Shown piece by piece: positions 13,446 through 26,048 of a stretch of DNA of 64,000 bases (its first letter is position 1; each line of letters starts with the position of its first letter). The stretch spans positions 124,001 to 188,000 of the forward strand of contig NW_021833893.1 in the NCBI RefSeq assembly GCF_006345805.1, read 5' to 3'. Position numbers and translations under genes: made by a program. This DNA comes from Octopus sinensis (Eukaryota). The notes beneath the pieces are model-generated. The model ran no database searches. It saw nothing but the letters and a program-made list of their open reading frames with translations, and had not been told where the DNA came from.

Positions 13446-13523
13446 GTATGTATGTATGTATGTATGTATGTATGTATGTATGTATGTATGTATGTATGTA
13501 TGTATGTATATATGTATGTATGT

Positions 13524-13554
<31 letters not shown>

Positions 13555-13760
13555 AGGTCACAATATATATATATATATGCTCGAAATATGAGACTAGAAA
13601 ACAACTGATGAAGGGTCGTTCTTTATGTTGTTTGTTTTGTTTTCCATTTGTGTCTTTCATCGTTCGAAAGAATAGATCATGTCCCATGTACTCGTGCTTT
13701 GTACAAATTGATGTGCACGTTTCATAACGTCCTGTTCCCAAATATGCTTTTATATAGATA

Positions 13761-13823
<63 letters not shown>

Positions 13824-14489
13824 ACGAGCAAAATGCCCCCCCGTCCAATGGAAGGTGCTGAGTTGTCAAACATTTAAACCAAATTTTCTCAAAACAACTT
13901 GTCCGACCGTCTCATAGGTCTCTCCTTTGAGAAACACTGATTTAACCTAATATTGCACGATTAAGAAGCAAGCAAATAGTTTTTTTGTTTCTAAAATTGG
14001 AGTATTTTGACTACATTCACCATGAAATAAAGCTTAAACAATCTTGATTGAATGCAATAATGGTTTTCTTTCACTAAAAGACACACTTTTTTGGTTTAAA
14101 GCTGTAAGGCAACAAAAATCATTTATTAGCAAGAAAATGGTGTTTTCTTCTTTGAATAAAAAGTAATCTGTGTTTTCTTTTCATTAAAAAATAATTAAGC
14201 ATGCCTTTATTTCAATCAAATTTTTGTTTTGTTAAACGAAGTTAAGGCAAAAAAAAAGAAACTTCTTGAGAAACCAAATAGTCTTTCCTTCTTTCATGCC
14301 AAGTTTGAAGAAAATATCTCTTCTGCATCTTACTTTTTTGGTCGCTTGAATATACTGCATTTTGTGGCATTATTTCAAGCCCTACTACATGATGAAGTCA
14401 AATAAGACGAGTTTTAAATTATTTTCATTTCTTTTCTTTTCTTTTTCTTTTCGGTCTTGTTAGCCCTAAAAATTCCAAGTGCAACTCAT

Positions 14490-14890
14490 ATTTGAGTACT
14501 GTTCACATATCTAGTGCAGAGCTGTTACTGTACAGAAACATCTAAGATAAAATGAAAGATAAAATGATTACCATACCCTCTTTACCACTCTACTATCTTA
14601 TTGGTCCATAGAAATGCACTTTCTTCTTTGTGTTTCATGTATCGTTTCTATGATAGAGTTTGTTGTAAACTGGCGAGATCGCACCATCTCCATCTAGGTA
14701 CATCTATCAATATCTCATCATCTTACATTACCTCATACTCCATTTTCACACGGAACATTACTGTCTTACCCAGATCTTCTAATGTTTAGAATTTTGTTCC
14801 ATTTCTACAACTTCACCGCAGAAATCAACATAAAACATCTCACAAGTCCGAAAGGGCCTACAAGCATTATGGATACAGCCTCTCCTCCAA
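14490..14890 (+). pseudogene. Old CR1/L2-group LINE ORF2 C-terminal fragment
   Basis: Translates EYCSHI*... and HRNALSSLCFMYRFYDRVCCKLA, like the EYCSHIW...HRR.V.SL.LFYRYY..CS.ELA tail of CR1/L2-group LINEs. Confidence 0.55.
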
Positions 14891-14975
14891 ACAATTCTAA
14901 ATAAGAAAATATAAGTTATTTTTTAAATCTGAAGTAAAGCGTATCACACATACGTAAAGAGAGAGTGGCTCATTA

Positions 14976-15129
14976 CAAGCGCGGTCCCAGGAACTTTTCG
15001 AAGGAAGGGCACAAAGTCAGAAAGGAATACAGTTCCAGGATAAAAGGGCATAATAGCATTATTTAGAAAGGCGCACTTCTTTTCTTGAGAGGGGCACGTG
15101 CCCCTCAGCACCCCTTGGATCCACCCCTG
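14976..15129. mobile_element. Short hAT-type MITE
   Basis: Ends ccccttggatccacccctg (CAGGGGTGGATCC-type TIR); degenerate left end caagcgcggtcccagg; internal gggcacgtgccc palindrome. Confidence 0.45.
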
Positions 15130-15741
15130 CATTATCTTCTAAGTACTATTATATATAAATATGTATTTATTTAATAATTTCCGCTTATCACCAACCAAAT
15201 TAGTGCTTTTCAATAATTGTATGATTTTTGAAGGATACTACTCTATTAGAGAAAAAAATTTCTTTAAATATTATAGAAATAAGTATAACTGAAAGGTCTG
15301 CTATTTGTCTGCTTGTAGCTGAAAGGAAAGAAACTTTAAATATCGTAATCTAACGGCAATTGATTTTATTTAACATTCTACAAACGCTCTTTTTAATTGT
15401 TACCAGCCTGGGTCCATCATCAATATCATTAGATTGGTATTAACCGACAGACTGAAAGTAGAAATAATGGAGATCTAAAATGGAAAGGGAACAGTAAAAA
15501 CAGTACAAATGTAGAAAACTTAGAAAGAAAAAAAGCAGTTAAAGTTATAAATATTAAAATTATATACAATGAAGATTTTTCTCCTTGCGATGAAGCCTCT
15601 AAAGTATTCAGTAGCACGACCTTGACCTAGTCTAGAAATGTTCTATTATATTTCACTTACAACCCGCAGCACATTCTACGGAGCGCACACTCAGAACACA
15701 CACACACTTACTAAGAGGAGTATATCTATCTATCTACCTAC

Positions 15742-15826
<85 letters not shown>

Positions 15827-15827
<1 letters not shown>

Positions 15828-18028
15828 GCCGGAGCATCCATGACAACCTCCATCTGATGCGCTACATCATAGACAGGGTAGTTAACGAACCTGGCATGGG
15901 TGGGGCCCTGATCAACTTGGATCAATCGAAAGCCTTTGATAGGGTAGACCATCGATACTTGGAGGCAGTCCTGAGAGCGGCTGGTTTCGGTCCCGTCTTC
16001 CGCGGCTGATAGCTGCCTTGTACAGAGGCATCCGCTCGGTAATTCGCGTAAATGGACATCTATCGAGACCCTTCGACATTGCACGTTCGGTCCGTCAGGG
16101 ATGCCCCCTCTCGGCGCTTCTATACGTATTGACTCTTGAGCCACTACTGCGGAAGCTGGCGACTCTGAGGGGCATCCCGCGAGAATTAGGATGCGGGACG
16201 AGCGTGTCTGCATACGCGGACGACGTCACCGTCATAGTGTCAAGCCACGAGCACATCGAGCGGGTCGGCGAGACACTGAAAGACTACGAAGCGGTGACAG
16301 GAGCAAAAATCAACCGGGAAAAGTCAGTGGGCTTGCGGCTCGGCACCTGGAGAAGCAAACCCATGCCGTCCACCAGTACCTCCGTCGTGGGACGCTGGAC
16401 AGACGGCCCGGTTGAGTTGCTCGGGGTCTGGTTCGGTCCGGACCTCCAAATGGAGAAGAACTGGAACGAGATAACGAGTAGGGTGGTCACTCTCGCCCAG
16501 CAATGGGCCGAGAGGAAACTGTCCCTAAAAGGTCGGGCGGAGGTGGTGAACGCGTACATCGCGTCCATCATCTACTACCGCCTGACCGTCGTACCTTGTC
16601 CCGACCCTACCATCACCAAACTAGAACGCATCCTCTTCCGCTTCTTGTGGAAAGGATGCGTCCCGATGGTCAGGCGATCCATTTGCTGTCAACACCCGTT
16701 AAAAGGAGGGCTGGGCATGCCGTGGTTGATGATGCGCAGACACGCGCTGAGACTGCGACATCTCCGGCTCTATGTAGACGACGGTGAACAGGTGTGGTCG
16801 CCGTTTGTGAGGCACGCATTCCCGCAACTCGTCTCCATGACCGAACTACAGTCGTGGATCAAAAAGAGGCCGAAGAAGGGCGAATGGCACCGCGAGTGTC
16901 GCGTTGCTCTCAAGCAACTCTGCCGTCCCGGGTCGACCTTGAGTGACTTCAACACAACCAAAGCATTCTATAGGGGATTAGTGGAGGGGAGGTACGACGA
17001 CGAGCTCGGGGCAAACCTGGGCGTCGACGAGGAATACCTGACCCGCCTGTTTCAAACGACTTTCGGCCCGGGACCTATGGACAACTTCCAGAGATCCCTG
17101 GCCTGGCGGTGCTACCGAGAAGCGCTACCCGTTCGGGATAAGCTCTATAGGCATGGCTCGAGAAACACGGGGCCGACCTGCCCGAGATGCGGGCAGAGCG
17201 ACGAAACCGCTCTGCACGCAATCGTGCAGTGTCCAGCAATTTCCCACCTGTGGGCTTATGTCGAACGACTGCTGTCACGTGTGGGACGTGTCGGTTTATC
17301 AGCCGAGTCTATCGTTAATATCGTCACGCCTCCTTCCTTCAAACGGGAAGGAAGAGCTATTTTTATCATACTTGTGGCTATGGCGAAAGAATGTATCTGG
17401 TGGACGCGTCTGAAAGGATTAGAGACAAACACTTTCCTCTCTGGTCAATCTCTCATCAACTTCTTCAAGTATCACTTGAAGAAAAAAGTGAGAGTAGAGA
17501 GGCAAGTTTTGTCTAGTGAATGTTTTAAAAAAAGATGGGCGAATGTAGCAAGGATGGCACGTATGAATGACGAAGCCACCTTGACTATGATTCTATGAAC
17601 CGTAAAAATTAATACAGAGAGTTGCTTATTTGCAAAAAAAAAAAAAAAAAAAAGAAATATAACATGTGACTTCATTGACCGAGGTTACCGTGGTCTTTTC
17701 CGTAGGCTTTTCTTTCCACGGGTAAACCTCACCTGTCCCCCCCTTTACACTTCATATTGACATTTCTGTGATAACGATCCCTATTGATCAATTTTTTTCC
17801 TCTCCCCCTTTTTTTTTAACCCCCCCTTTTTTTGTCCTCTTTCTCTCCTTTTACGATCCCTTTTGATCACCCCCCCTTTTTTATTTTATTTTTATTTTAT
17901 TTTATTTTTTTTCTTATTTTTTATTTTTTTTATTTTTTATTTTTTATTTTTTTTAAACCTTCAAAAGAAAAGCTCTACCTTGTAATTTGTTCTATCTGTG
18001 TGCAGCCCTGTGTGGCTAATAAAGAAAC
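15827..18028 (+). mobile_element. 5'-truncated Tx1-like (L1 group) LINE inserted in a (TATC)n microsatellite
   Basis: GC-rich ORF2 fragment starts directly after (TATC)n; 3' UTR with poly-T/C tracts and AATAAA (18018-18023), after which (TATC)n resumes. Confidence 0.9.
15828..17598 (+). CDS. LINE ORF2 reverse transcriptase with C-terminal zf-RVT; one frameshift near 16008
   Basis: RSIHDN, LDQSKAFDRVDH, SVRQGCPLSALLY, SAYADDV, KINREKS, GGLGMP, CPRCGQSDETALHAIVQC. Restoring one G in ggctgatagct (GWIAAL) joins the two ORFs. Confidence 0.92.
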
Positions 18029-18142
18029 ATATCTATCTATATACCAATCTATCTATCTACCTATCTATTTATCTATCTATCTATCAATCTGCCTGTCTGT
18101 CTGTCTGTCCGTCCGCCCGTCCGTCCGTCCGTTCATCTTGTA

Positions 18143-18218
18143 ATCAGTTGAAGAGCTGAAGAGACACATGTACTCCGTGAAGGATCGATGCTAGATTAGT
18201 CGAAACAATTGTAGTGAT
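18143..18218 (+). ncRNA. Degenerate hammerhead motif (PLE pLTR fragment)
   Basis: CTGAAGA-GAC...GTC-GAAA-CAATTG-TA-GTGAT with palindromic stem III; the 5' stem I strand is disrupted by a small duplication. Confidence 0.5.
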
Positions 18219-18291
18219 CAATAAACACTCTCGTATCTTCCATCTTCTATCTCGCCCATTAATCACACACACACACACACACACACATCAA

Positions 18292-18435
18292 ACGTGGCTG
18301 TGTGGTAACAAGCTTGCTTCCCAACCACATGGTTCCGGGTTCAGTCCCCTTGCGTGGCAGCTTGGGCAAGTGTCTTCTACTATAGACTCGGACCAACCCG
18401 AGTGGATTTAGTAGACGGAAACTGGAAGAAACCCG

Positions 18436-18495
<60 letters not shown>

Positions 18496-18705
18496 GTGTG
18501 TGCGAGTGTCTGTGTTTGTCCCCCTCCCCCTCGTATGACAACTGATGTTTGTGTGTTTAAGTCCCTATTACTTAGTGGTTCAGCAAAAGTGACCGATAGA
18601 ATAAGTACTAGGCTTACAAAGAATAAGTCCTGGGTTCGATTTATTCGACTAAAGACGGTACCCCAGCATGGCCGCCGTCAAATGACTGAAAGAAATGAAA
18701 GAAAA
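18292..18705 (+). mobile_element. SINE family A with internal (TA)n
   Basis: gtggctgtgtggtaacaagcttgcttcccaaccacatggttccgggttcagtcc head; ccccagcatggccgccgtcaaatgactgaaa tail. Confidence 0.88.
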
Positions 18706-19404
18706 AATATATATACTTATACTTATAAGTACGCGCATATAGGTGTATATGTTATATGTACACGCGCAGGAGCCTGAGTGGTATCTATGTGTATGTGCGC
18801 GTGTGCATGTTTGTGAGTGTATGAGCGTGCGTCTGAATGTGTATTTATGTGTGTGCATATTAGTAAAAGAGGAAACATTTCTCTGAGAAAATTCACACCT
18901 ATTCCTTATTCCCGTTGTTTGTTACTTTCTTGTATTTTTTGTTCTTATCTATCTTTACGTATGAGCGTGTGACGTGATGATGATGATGACAATGATGATG
19001 GCAAGCAGTAGGTGAACGAAAAAAGGAGTATAATTCATATTGCAATTTTTCATATTGTTTAGGGGCAAGAGGGAGTTGATGACATAAGCAGTGAAGGCTG
19101 GTGGTGGTGTTGGTGGAGGGGCAGTATTAGCTAACTATTAGCAGTATTAATAGAACGAAGGGAGAGAAACGACCGAATAAGCAAAAACTAAAACAAACAC
19201 AAATAAACATTTGCTAACATTAAAACACGTACACCCAGAGAGAGAGGGCCATGGGTAAAAACAGGGTTGGAGGTGGTGCTGGCGTTGCTGCAGCATGTAT
19301 TGTAATGTGAAGATGGAAACACGTCAGAGACATTCGAATTGGATGTAACATGATATTATAGAATGCGTATTACACACATGCACGCGCACACACACACACA
19401 CATA

Positions 19405-19945
19405 CAGGGTGGGTGAAAAGTAAGTAGGCATTAAAAATTGATAATAAAATTCATATTCCTTATACATATTCCTTATACATATTCCTTATATTGAAACAAA
19501 TGATACATGTTCTTTATTACATGGGAAAATGAAAGTAAATCTTCATATTTCAAAGTAAGCCCGGTGACGTCAACCAGTTTCCTCAAACGGCCAGAGATAT
19601 AATAAACAACCTTTTGAAGGACGTCGTCTAGGATATCACTGAGGACTTTCTGAATCCTTGTCTCTAAGTCCTACAGCGTTCGAAGTTTTGTCTTCTACAC
19701 CTCTTTCGTGTAACCCTCACATGTAAAAATCACATAGAGTGAGATCTGAACTTCTTGGAGTTCTTGACTTCTGAGCTTCTGCAGTAACAGTCTTCAGGTT
19801 TTAGCTCCTGCGCGTAATGGAATTTTCACGGACGAACATTCAATTCTTTACGGAACACTGTACGTATCATATGTCTTGTTAGTCCACTTTCACGAGCTGC
19901 TTGGTGTGTTGATTTTTGCGGACTGCGATTAAACATTTCCTGTAC
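19405..19945 (-). mobile_element. Tc1/mariner-superfamily remnant (rosa/DD41D-like), internally deleted
   Basis: Minus strand RSPQKSTHQAARESGLTRHMIRTVFRKELNVRP and PRSSDLTLCDFYM*GY; terminus ta-CAGGGTGGGTGAAAAG. Confidence 0.65.
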
Positions 19946-20083
19946 TTTATTTACATTTGACGGATATATGTTCTCATCTTGTTTGTTGTTAAAACAACGT
20001 TTCGGCTGATATACCCACCAGCCTTCATCAGGTGTCTTGGGGAAATTTCGAACCTGGGTTCTCATTCCTAAGGTATTTTTCGA

Positions 20084-20085
<2 letters not shown>
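19945..20085 (-). ncRNA. Short PLE-derived repeat with hammerhead motif (19991-20036) next to (TAA)n
   Basis: Minus strand: GACAC-CTGATGA-AGGCTG(GTGGGTATAT)CAGCC-GAAA-CGTT-GTTTT; palindromic AACGTT stem III, one stem I mismatch. Confidence 0.7.
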
Positions 20086-20177
<92 letters not shown>

Positions 20178-20224
20178 GTTGTTGTTGTTATTATTATTGT
20201 TATTATTATTACTATAATCATTAA

Positions 20225-20770
20225 GTGAGAGAGAGAGAGCACTACATGCCATCAAAGTGACACGGGTAAAATATACGTAGCCCAGTATACCCATTATGAC
20301 TACCCGTCTGATAAGGGTACACAAGGCACATGCATCACAACCATATGTGCAGGACATGATGATCTCATATCAAGATAAACAGCGCATGACCTTGAAGGTG
20401 GGGCCCAGTTAGAACTTTCTTCTGGTCGAGTAGCCCGTCCCGATCAAAAGGTTCCTGAATAAGGATTGTTTAAGGATGTTGAACGAACCACCCATGTTTC
20501 TAAAGGTGAATTATCCAAACCTCAAAGAAATCCTTTCAACACACGGCTATGATGCTCCCTCACTACTTCTGCTCGTGGTCAGAGATGCACATATCGTCAG
20601 AAACTATGGGACATAGTCAACTGGTTACGGTCAAACAACTGACAAGCAAATCTGTGGTATTGAGCAGAATATTTGCTGTAGCCCATCTTTTATACCAAGA
20701 CAAAACAATGATAACACTTACAATCAGTTAAGCTCAGAAGCCATGAGAGCCACTGCCTGGTACTGCATCA
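20225..20770 (-). mobile_element. ~550-bp retroposon family C with (AAT)n tail
   Basis: Reverse-complement match along its length to 52235-52790; 3' end ctctctctcact abuts (TAA)n. Confidence 0.85.
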
Positions 20771-20880
20771 CTTGAAGGCTAAAACAATGCGAAGCGCATT
20801 GTGATCAGCGATGTGTAGCTGCATCTGATAGCCTGGTCGGTCACGGTGATATATATTATATATTATATATTATATGATAT

Positions 20881-20914
<34 letters not shown>

Positions 20915-21290
20915 ACACGTGACAAGCGTTCCATCTTTCCTTTCCTCACGTGTCTATCTTTCTTTTCCTGCACGGACGTTCAAAGGACTGGAAGTTTTAT
21001 TTTCTCTTTCTCCTATCTTTTCTCTTTTTAAAGAAAATATTTCTCCTAGCATTCACTATTTTTCTCTCGTTCTGGTTTAACGACCCTCCATGATTGTTTT
21101 TGTTCGGTTTCCTTGTATGTTCCCACTGTCCTGTTTTTGTGCTCAAATTTGACCCTCCATAAATCCTAAATTTTATTTCAGAATTTATGGGAGCAACGGT
21201 CTTTGAAGACTCATATTGTCGTTGAATGCTCGAAATAAGATAGACAGCCGATAACTGATGAAGGGTATATATATATATAATATTATATAT

Positions 21291-21386
<96 letters not shown>

Positions 21387-22346
21387 CATACATATATATA
21401 TATATATATACATATATTTGTTATATATTATATATATATAAGTAATGGGTTCAATTCTTTCGACCAAACTTCTTCAAGATGGTGCTCCAGCATGGCTGCC
21501 GTCGAATAGCTAAGTAAGTAAAATATCAAATGCGTACATACATTAACGTACGCGCGCCCACACACACACAAGGACATATATGCGCCCACGAAACTCATGC
21601 GGAGATGATTCAAACTGCTATAGAATAAATGTAACTCCAACTGTGTTGAGTGCTACTTTATTTCGTTTCTTTACTCGCTCGTGTATATGTGTGTAGCTAT
21701 ATATATATGTATGTGTGTGTGTGTGTGTGTGTGTGTGAGAGTATAAATGTATCTCTCTATATATACATTTATATTTATAACTTAGCTAACTTAGATATGT
21801 TTCGACCAAGGATGAGTCTAGGCCATGTCTCACTTAATAGCATCACCCGATAGGATTAGCTAAATCCTTTTCAAGTCAAGTTTTGTGGTATCATGTTTCA
21901 TTCGAGTAGGGAGTTCTTGTTGAGTGAGTTGTATCCAGGTATAGATGGCTAATCTGGCATTCTTTGAAGAAATTTGTCTGGATAACGTTTAAAGGTGATG
22001 GGATTCTTTTACTCTTTGACTTGTTTCGGAACCATGTCAAATAGGCAAGACCTGTTGAGGTAAAGAAATTCTGTTGCAGTGTATTTGTGTGCTGTGATCC
22101 GGAATTGGGTAGGGGGTCACATGGCCCGTGGTCCTAGCCTTGGATGGATTTTGAAGCTAATGCTGATGTTGTTTGGGCAATGCAGGTGGTATATTCTCCA
22201 CATCATGCAAATAATGTATCGCACTGGAGATATAAACACACACACACGCACACAAACACACACACGTATACATACACACACACATATATAATATATACAT
22301 ATATATATGCATTCATACATACATACAAGTACGTACACATATACAT

Positions 22347-22393
<47 letters not shown>

Positions 22394-22394
<1 letters not shown>

Positions 22395-23617
22395 TGGGTT
22401 GGCAACTAAGTTCTTGCTTTTTTTTTTAATTTTGGAATTTATTGAGTTTTTAAATTTTGGAATCTATTTTTTTCTAGTTAATTTTAGTTAATTTTTGTTT
22501 ATTTTCAGATCATTAAAATGGAATATCAAGTTTAAAAAAAACGAGCATTTTCGACACCTCCTTTTCGCTTTTAAACAAGATTCTAAGGCCGCAAAAGCTG
22601 CTCACGACATTTGTGCTGTGCATGGAGAGGGTGCCATAGTTGAAAGAACCGCTCATGATTGGTATGCCAAGTTCAAAAATGGAAATTTTGACCTCAAAGA
22701 CGCACCTCGTTCTGGCCGTCCAGTTGAGTTCGATGAAGATCGATTAAACCAACTTTTGCACGAAAATTCTCGTCAAACGACATGGGAACTGGCAGAGAAA
22801 ATGGAATGCTCCCACACTGCTAAAGAGAAGCATCTTCACTCGTGGGGAAAGGTTCAGAAGTATGGGGCATGGGTTCCACATGCTTTAAGTGACAACAACA
22901 AAAATCAACAAGCCACAATCTCCGTTAGTTTGCTTGCTAGTCACCACTCAACGATTTCTTTACCGAATCGTTGACGAAAAATGGTGCCTGTACATCAATA
23001 TGAAGCAGCGTAAGGAATGACTTAACCCCGGTAAACAAGCGACAACGCGCGTGAAACAAGATCTTCATCCGCGTAAAATGATGTTGTGCATATTGGTGGG
23101 ACTGAGAAGGGATTCTACATTACGAATTGCTTGAACTGAACCAAATGGTCAACGCGGAACTCTATGTTCAACAGATGGAACGACCCAACACGGCTATTCA
23201 AGAGAAAAGACCTAATCGGCAGCATGGAGTTCTTCTGATGCACAACAACGCCCGCCCTCATATCGCCAATGTAACCAAGGAAGCCATTCAAACGCATAGC
23301 TGGGAAGTGCTGCCACATCCGCTGTACTCTCCTGATTTGGCATCAACGGATTTCCACCTCTTTCGATCTCTTTCAAATGCTATGCGCAGAGTTTCGTTCA
23401 ATACTGATGCAGAATTGAGAGCTTGGTTGAATCAATTTTTCGAGTCGAAATCGGGTGATTTCTACCAACGAGGTATTGAAAATCTTGTTGAACGTTGGGA
23501 AGAAGTTGTAAACAACAAGGGTGAATACATTATTGATTAATTAGTCGTTATTTCTTTATTAAACTTTAAAAAAATCTAAATTAAGAAAAAACGGCGGGAA
23601 CTTAGTTGCCAACCCAA
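22394..23617 (+). mobile_element. Full-length mariner (DD34D) element, 1224 bp, with TA TSD
   Basis: TIRs ttgggttggcaactaagttc / gaacttagttgccaacccaa, both flanked by TA. Confidence 0.95.
22518..23540 (+). pseudogene. Inactive mariner transposase
   Basis: DAPRSGRP, WVPHAL, DEKW, HNNARPH (second catalytic D changed to N), HPLYSPDLASTDFHLF; stops, frameshifts and a deletion near 22950. Confidence 0.93.
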
Positions 23618-23639
23618 TATATATACACATATAAAAGAA

Positions 23640-24091
23640 GAAAAAGAAAACGGATATTGGGAAGTTAATAGTTGTTTATTATTAACGGCAAATTAATCAT
23701 CTTCACCGACAGCTGTTTCAATTAATGGTCAGTAAATATTAAATTTATGTTTATATGACCTGAGTATAATATCTTCAGAGGGAAAAAATATATCCTTCGA
23801 TATTTTATATGTGTTTATTGTAGCAGACTGTATGATACAGCTTATGATTTGTATTGTTATATGTTCGGACCAACATATTTCCTCTATCATCTCTATCTAG
23901 TTTATTGTTCTAACTCTATTTACCGACTCCGTCTTATCTCCAATCAACCTGTAAACCCCTCGCCCCAACATATAACAATACAAATCATAAACCGTATAAT
24001 TCAGTCTGCTATAATGAATCCATGAACACATATAAAACATCCAAGGGTATTCTTTTTCGCCTCTGAAGATATACTCAGGTCATATAAACAT
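23640..24091. repeat. PLE pLTR-like fold-back with degenerate hammerhead
   Basis: 23746-23866 is inverted relative to 23966-24091; minus strand tttactgaccattaattGAAACAGCTGTCggtgaa at 23703-23737. Confidence 0.65.
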
Positions 24092-24104
24092 TATATATAT
24101 ATCC

Positions 24105-24512
24105 TTTCTCCTTTACTTGTTTCAGTCATTTGACTGCGGCCATGCTGGAGCACCGCCTTTTAGTCGAGCAACTCGACCCCGGGACTTATTCTTTTTGTAA
24201 GCCCAGTACTTATTCTATCGGTCTCTTTTTGCCGAACCGCTAAATGACGGGGACGTAAACACACCAGCATCGGTTATCAAGCAATGCTAGGGGAACAAAC
24301 ACAGACACACACGCAAATATATATATATATATATATATACATATATACGACGGGCTTCTTTCAGTTTCCGTCTACCAAATCCACTCTCAAGGCATTGGTC
24401 GGCCCGGGGCTATAGCAGAAGACACTTGCCCAAGATGCCACGCAGTGGGACTGAATTCAGAACCATGTGGTTGGTTAGCAAGCTACTTACCACACAGCCA
24501 CTCCTGCGCCTA
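24105..24512 (-). mobile_element. SINE family A, clean full-length copy
   Basis: Reverse complement starts ggcgcaggagtggctgtgtggtaagtagcttgctaaccaaccac and ends aatgactgaaacaagtaaa. Confidence 0.92.
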
Positions 24513-24664
24513 TATATATATACCTATTATTTTAAGGAAATCAATTCCCCTCAAATACTAGGTATTGAACCAGAATTTCCTTGGATAAAATCATCCCTTC
24601 TTTAGGTAAACGCAACCTCTAATCGAACACACACACACACATACACACATATATATATATAAAG

Positions 24665-25800
24665 TAGTTGTATGCTGTCAACTTAATGTGACAGTCCCAC
24701 GAAGGGAATAATACTACTACTATTTAGCCCTAGGAAGCAGCACCGCTTCATGTCAGCCTTGACACATTTCCTGTGTCCTTATGTTTACAAGAGATAAGCA
24801 CCTCCACCCAGCTAAGCCAGCAACCAGAGACTAGTTTCTGAGTCATTGCTCGTCTTTAGTCTGGAGTAGCATGGGTTGCTAGTTGATTTCTTAACTACTG
24901 ACAAGGGGCTAAACACAGAGGGAACAAACAAGGACAGACAAAGGGATTAAGTCGATTACATCGACCCCAGTACGCAACTGGTACTTAATTTATCGACCCC
25001 GAAAGGATGAAAGGCAAAGTCGACCTCGGCGGAATTTGAACTCGGAACGTAACAACAGACGAAATACGGCTACGCATTTCGCCCGGCGTAATGCGTAGTT
25101 GGAGATGACTATCCAGCCCTTGTAAACATATAATAATTCTAGTGAAATACATTCACTGATTTCAAAAATAGAAATAATACATTTCTAAATCTCTCAGAGG
25201 GATTTATGCAGTAGTGATACGATAAAGCAGTTGTATGCTGTCAACTTAATGTGACAGTCCCATGAAGGGAATAATAGTACTGCTATTTAACCCTAGGAAG
25301 CAGTACCGCTTCCTGTCAGCCTTGACACATTTCCTGTGTCGTTATATTTACAAGGGGGAAATAAGCACTTCCACCCAGCTAGGCTAGCATGCAGAGACTA
25401 GTTTCTGAGTCATTGCACGTCTTCAATCTGGAGTAGCATAGTTAGCTAGTTGGAGATGCTTATCAGTGAATTAGTGAATGTATTTCACTAGAATAATTAT
25501 ATGTTTACAAGGTCTAGATAGGTATCTCCAACTAGCAAGCCATGCTACTCCAGACTGAAGACGAGCAATGACTATGAAACTAGTTCCTGCATGCTGGCTT
25601 AGCTGGGTGGAGATGATTATTTTCCCCTTGTAAACATAAGGACACAGGAAATGTGTCAAGGCTGACAGGAAGCGATGCTGCTTCTTGGGATTAAATAGCA
25701 GTAGTATTATTCCCTTCATGGGACTGTCACATTAAGTTGACAGCATACAATACTTTATCGTATCACTACTGCACAAATCTCTCTGAGAGATTTAGAAATG

Positions 25801-25806
<6 letters not shown>
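24665..25806. mobile_element. Retrozyme-like ~360-nt non-coding repeat: two tandem units and one inverted unit, each with a hammerhead
   Basis: ttgtatgctgtcaacttaatgtgacagtccc at 24668 and 25231, inverted at ~25720-25750. Hammerheads at 24824-24864(-), 25391-25431(-) and 25550-25590(+). Confidence 0.75.
24905..25090 (-). mobile_element. SINE family B (Meta-like core) inserted in the hammerhead repeat
   Basis: cgaccccgaaaggatgaaaggcaaagtcgacctcggcggaatttgaactc is the reverse complement of the family B core. Confidence 0.9.
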
Positions 25807-25852
<46 letters not shown>

Positions 25853-25876
25853 CATATATGTATATATATATATGCA

Positions 25877-25907
<31 letters not shown>

Positions 25908-26016
25908 AATATATATATATAATATATATAAACATATATATACATACATATATATATATATGATTATACATATATACATACATATATATATATGTATGTA
26001 TGTATGTATATATAAT

Positions 26017-26048
<32 letters not shown>

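Noticed and set aside
21783-21880. Hammerhead-like minus-strand GAAACATATCTA with long stem
   Set aside because: Core reads TTGAAAA and stem III is broken; probably an old pLTR but too degenerate to call.
22495-23540. Host SETMAR-like gene
   Set aside because: Bounded by TIRs and TA TSD, no SET domain, and pseudogenised.
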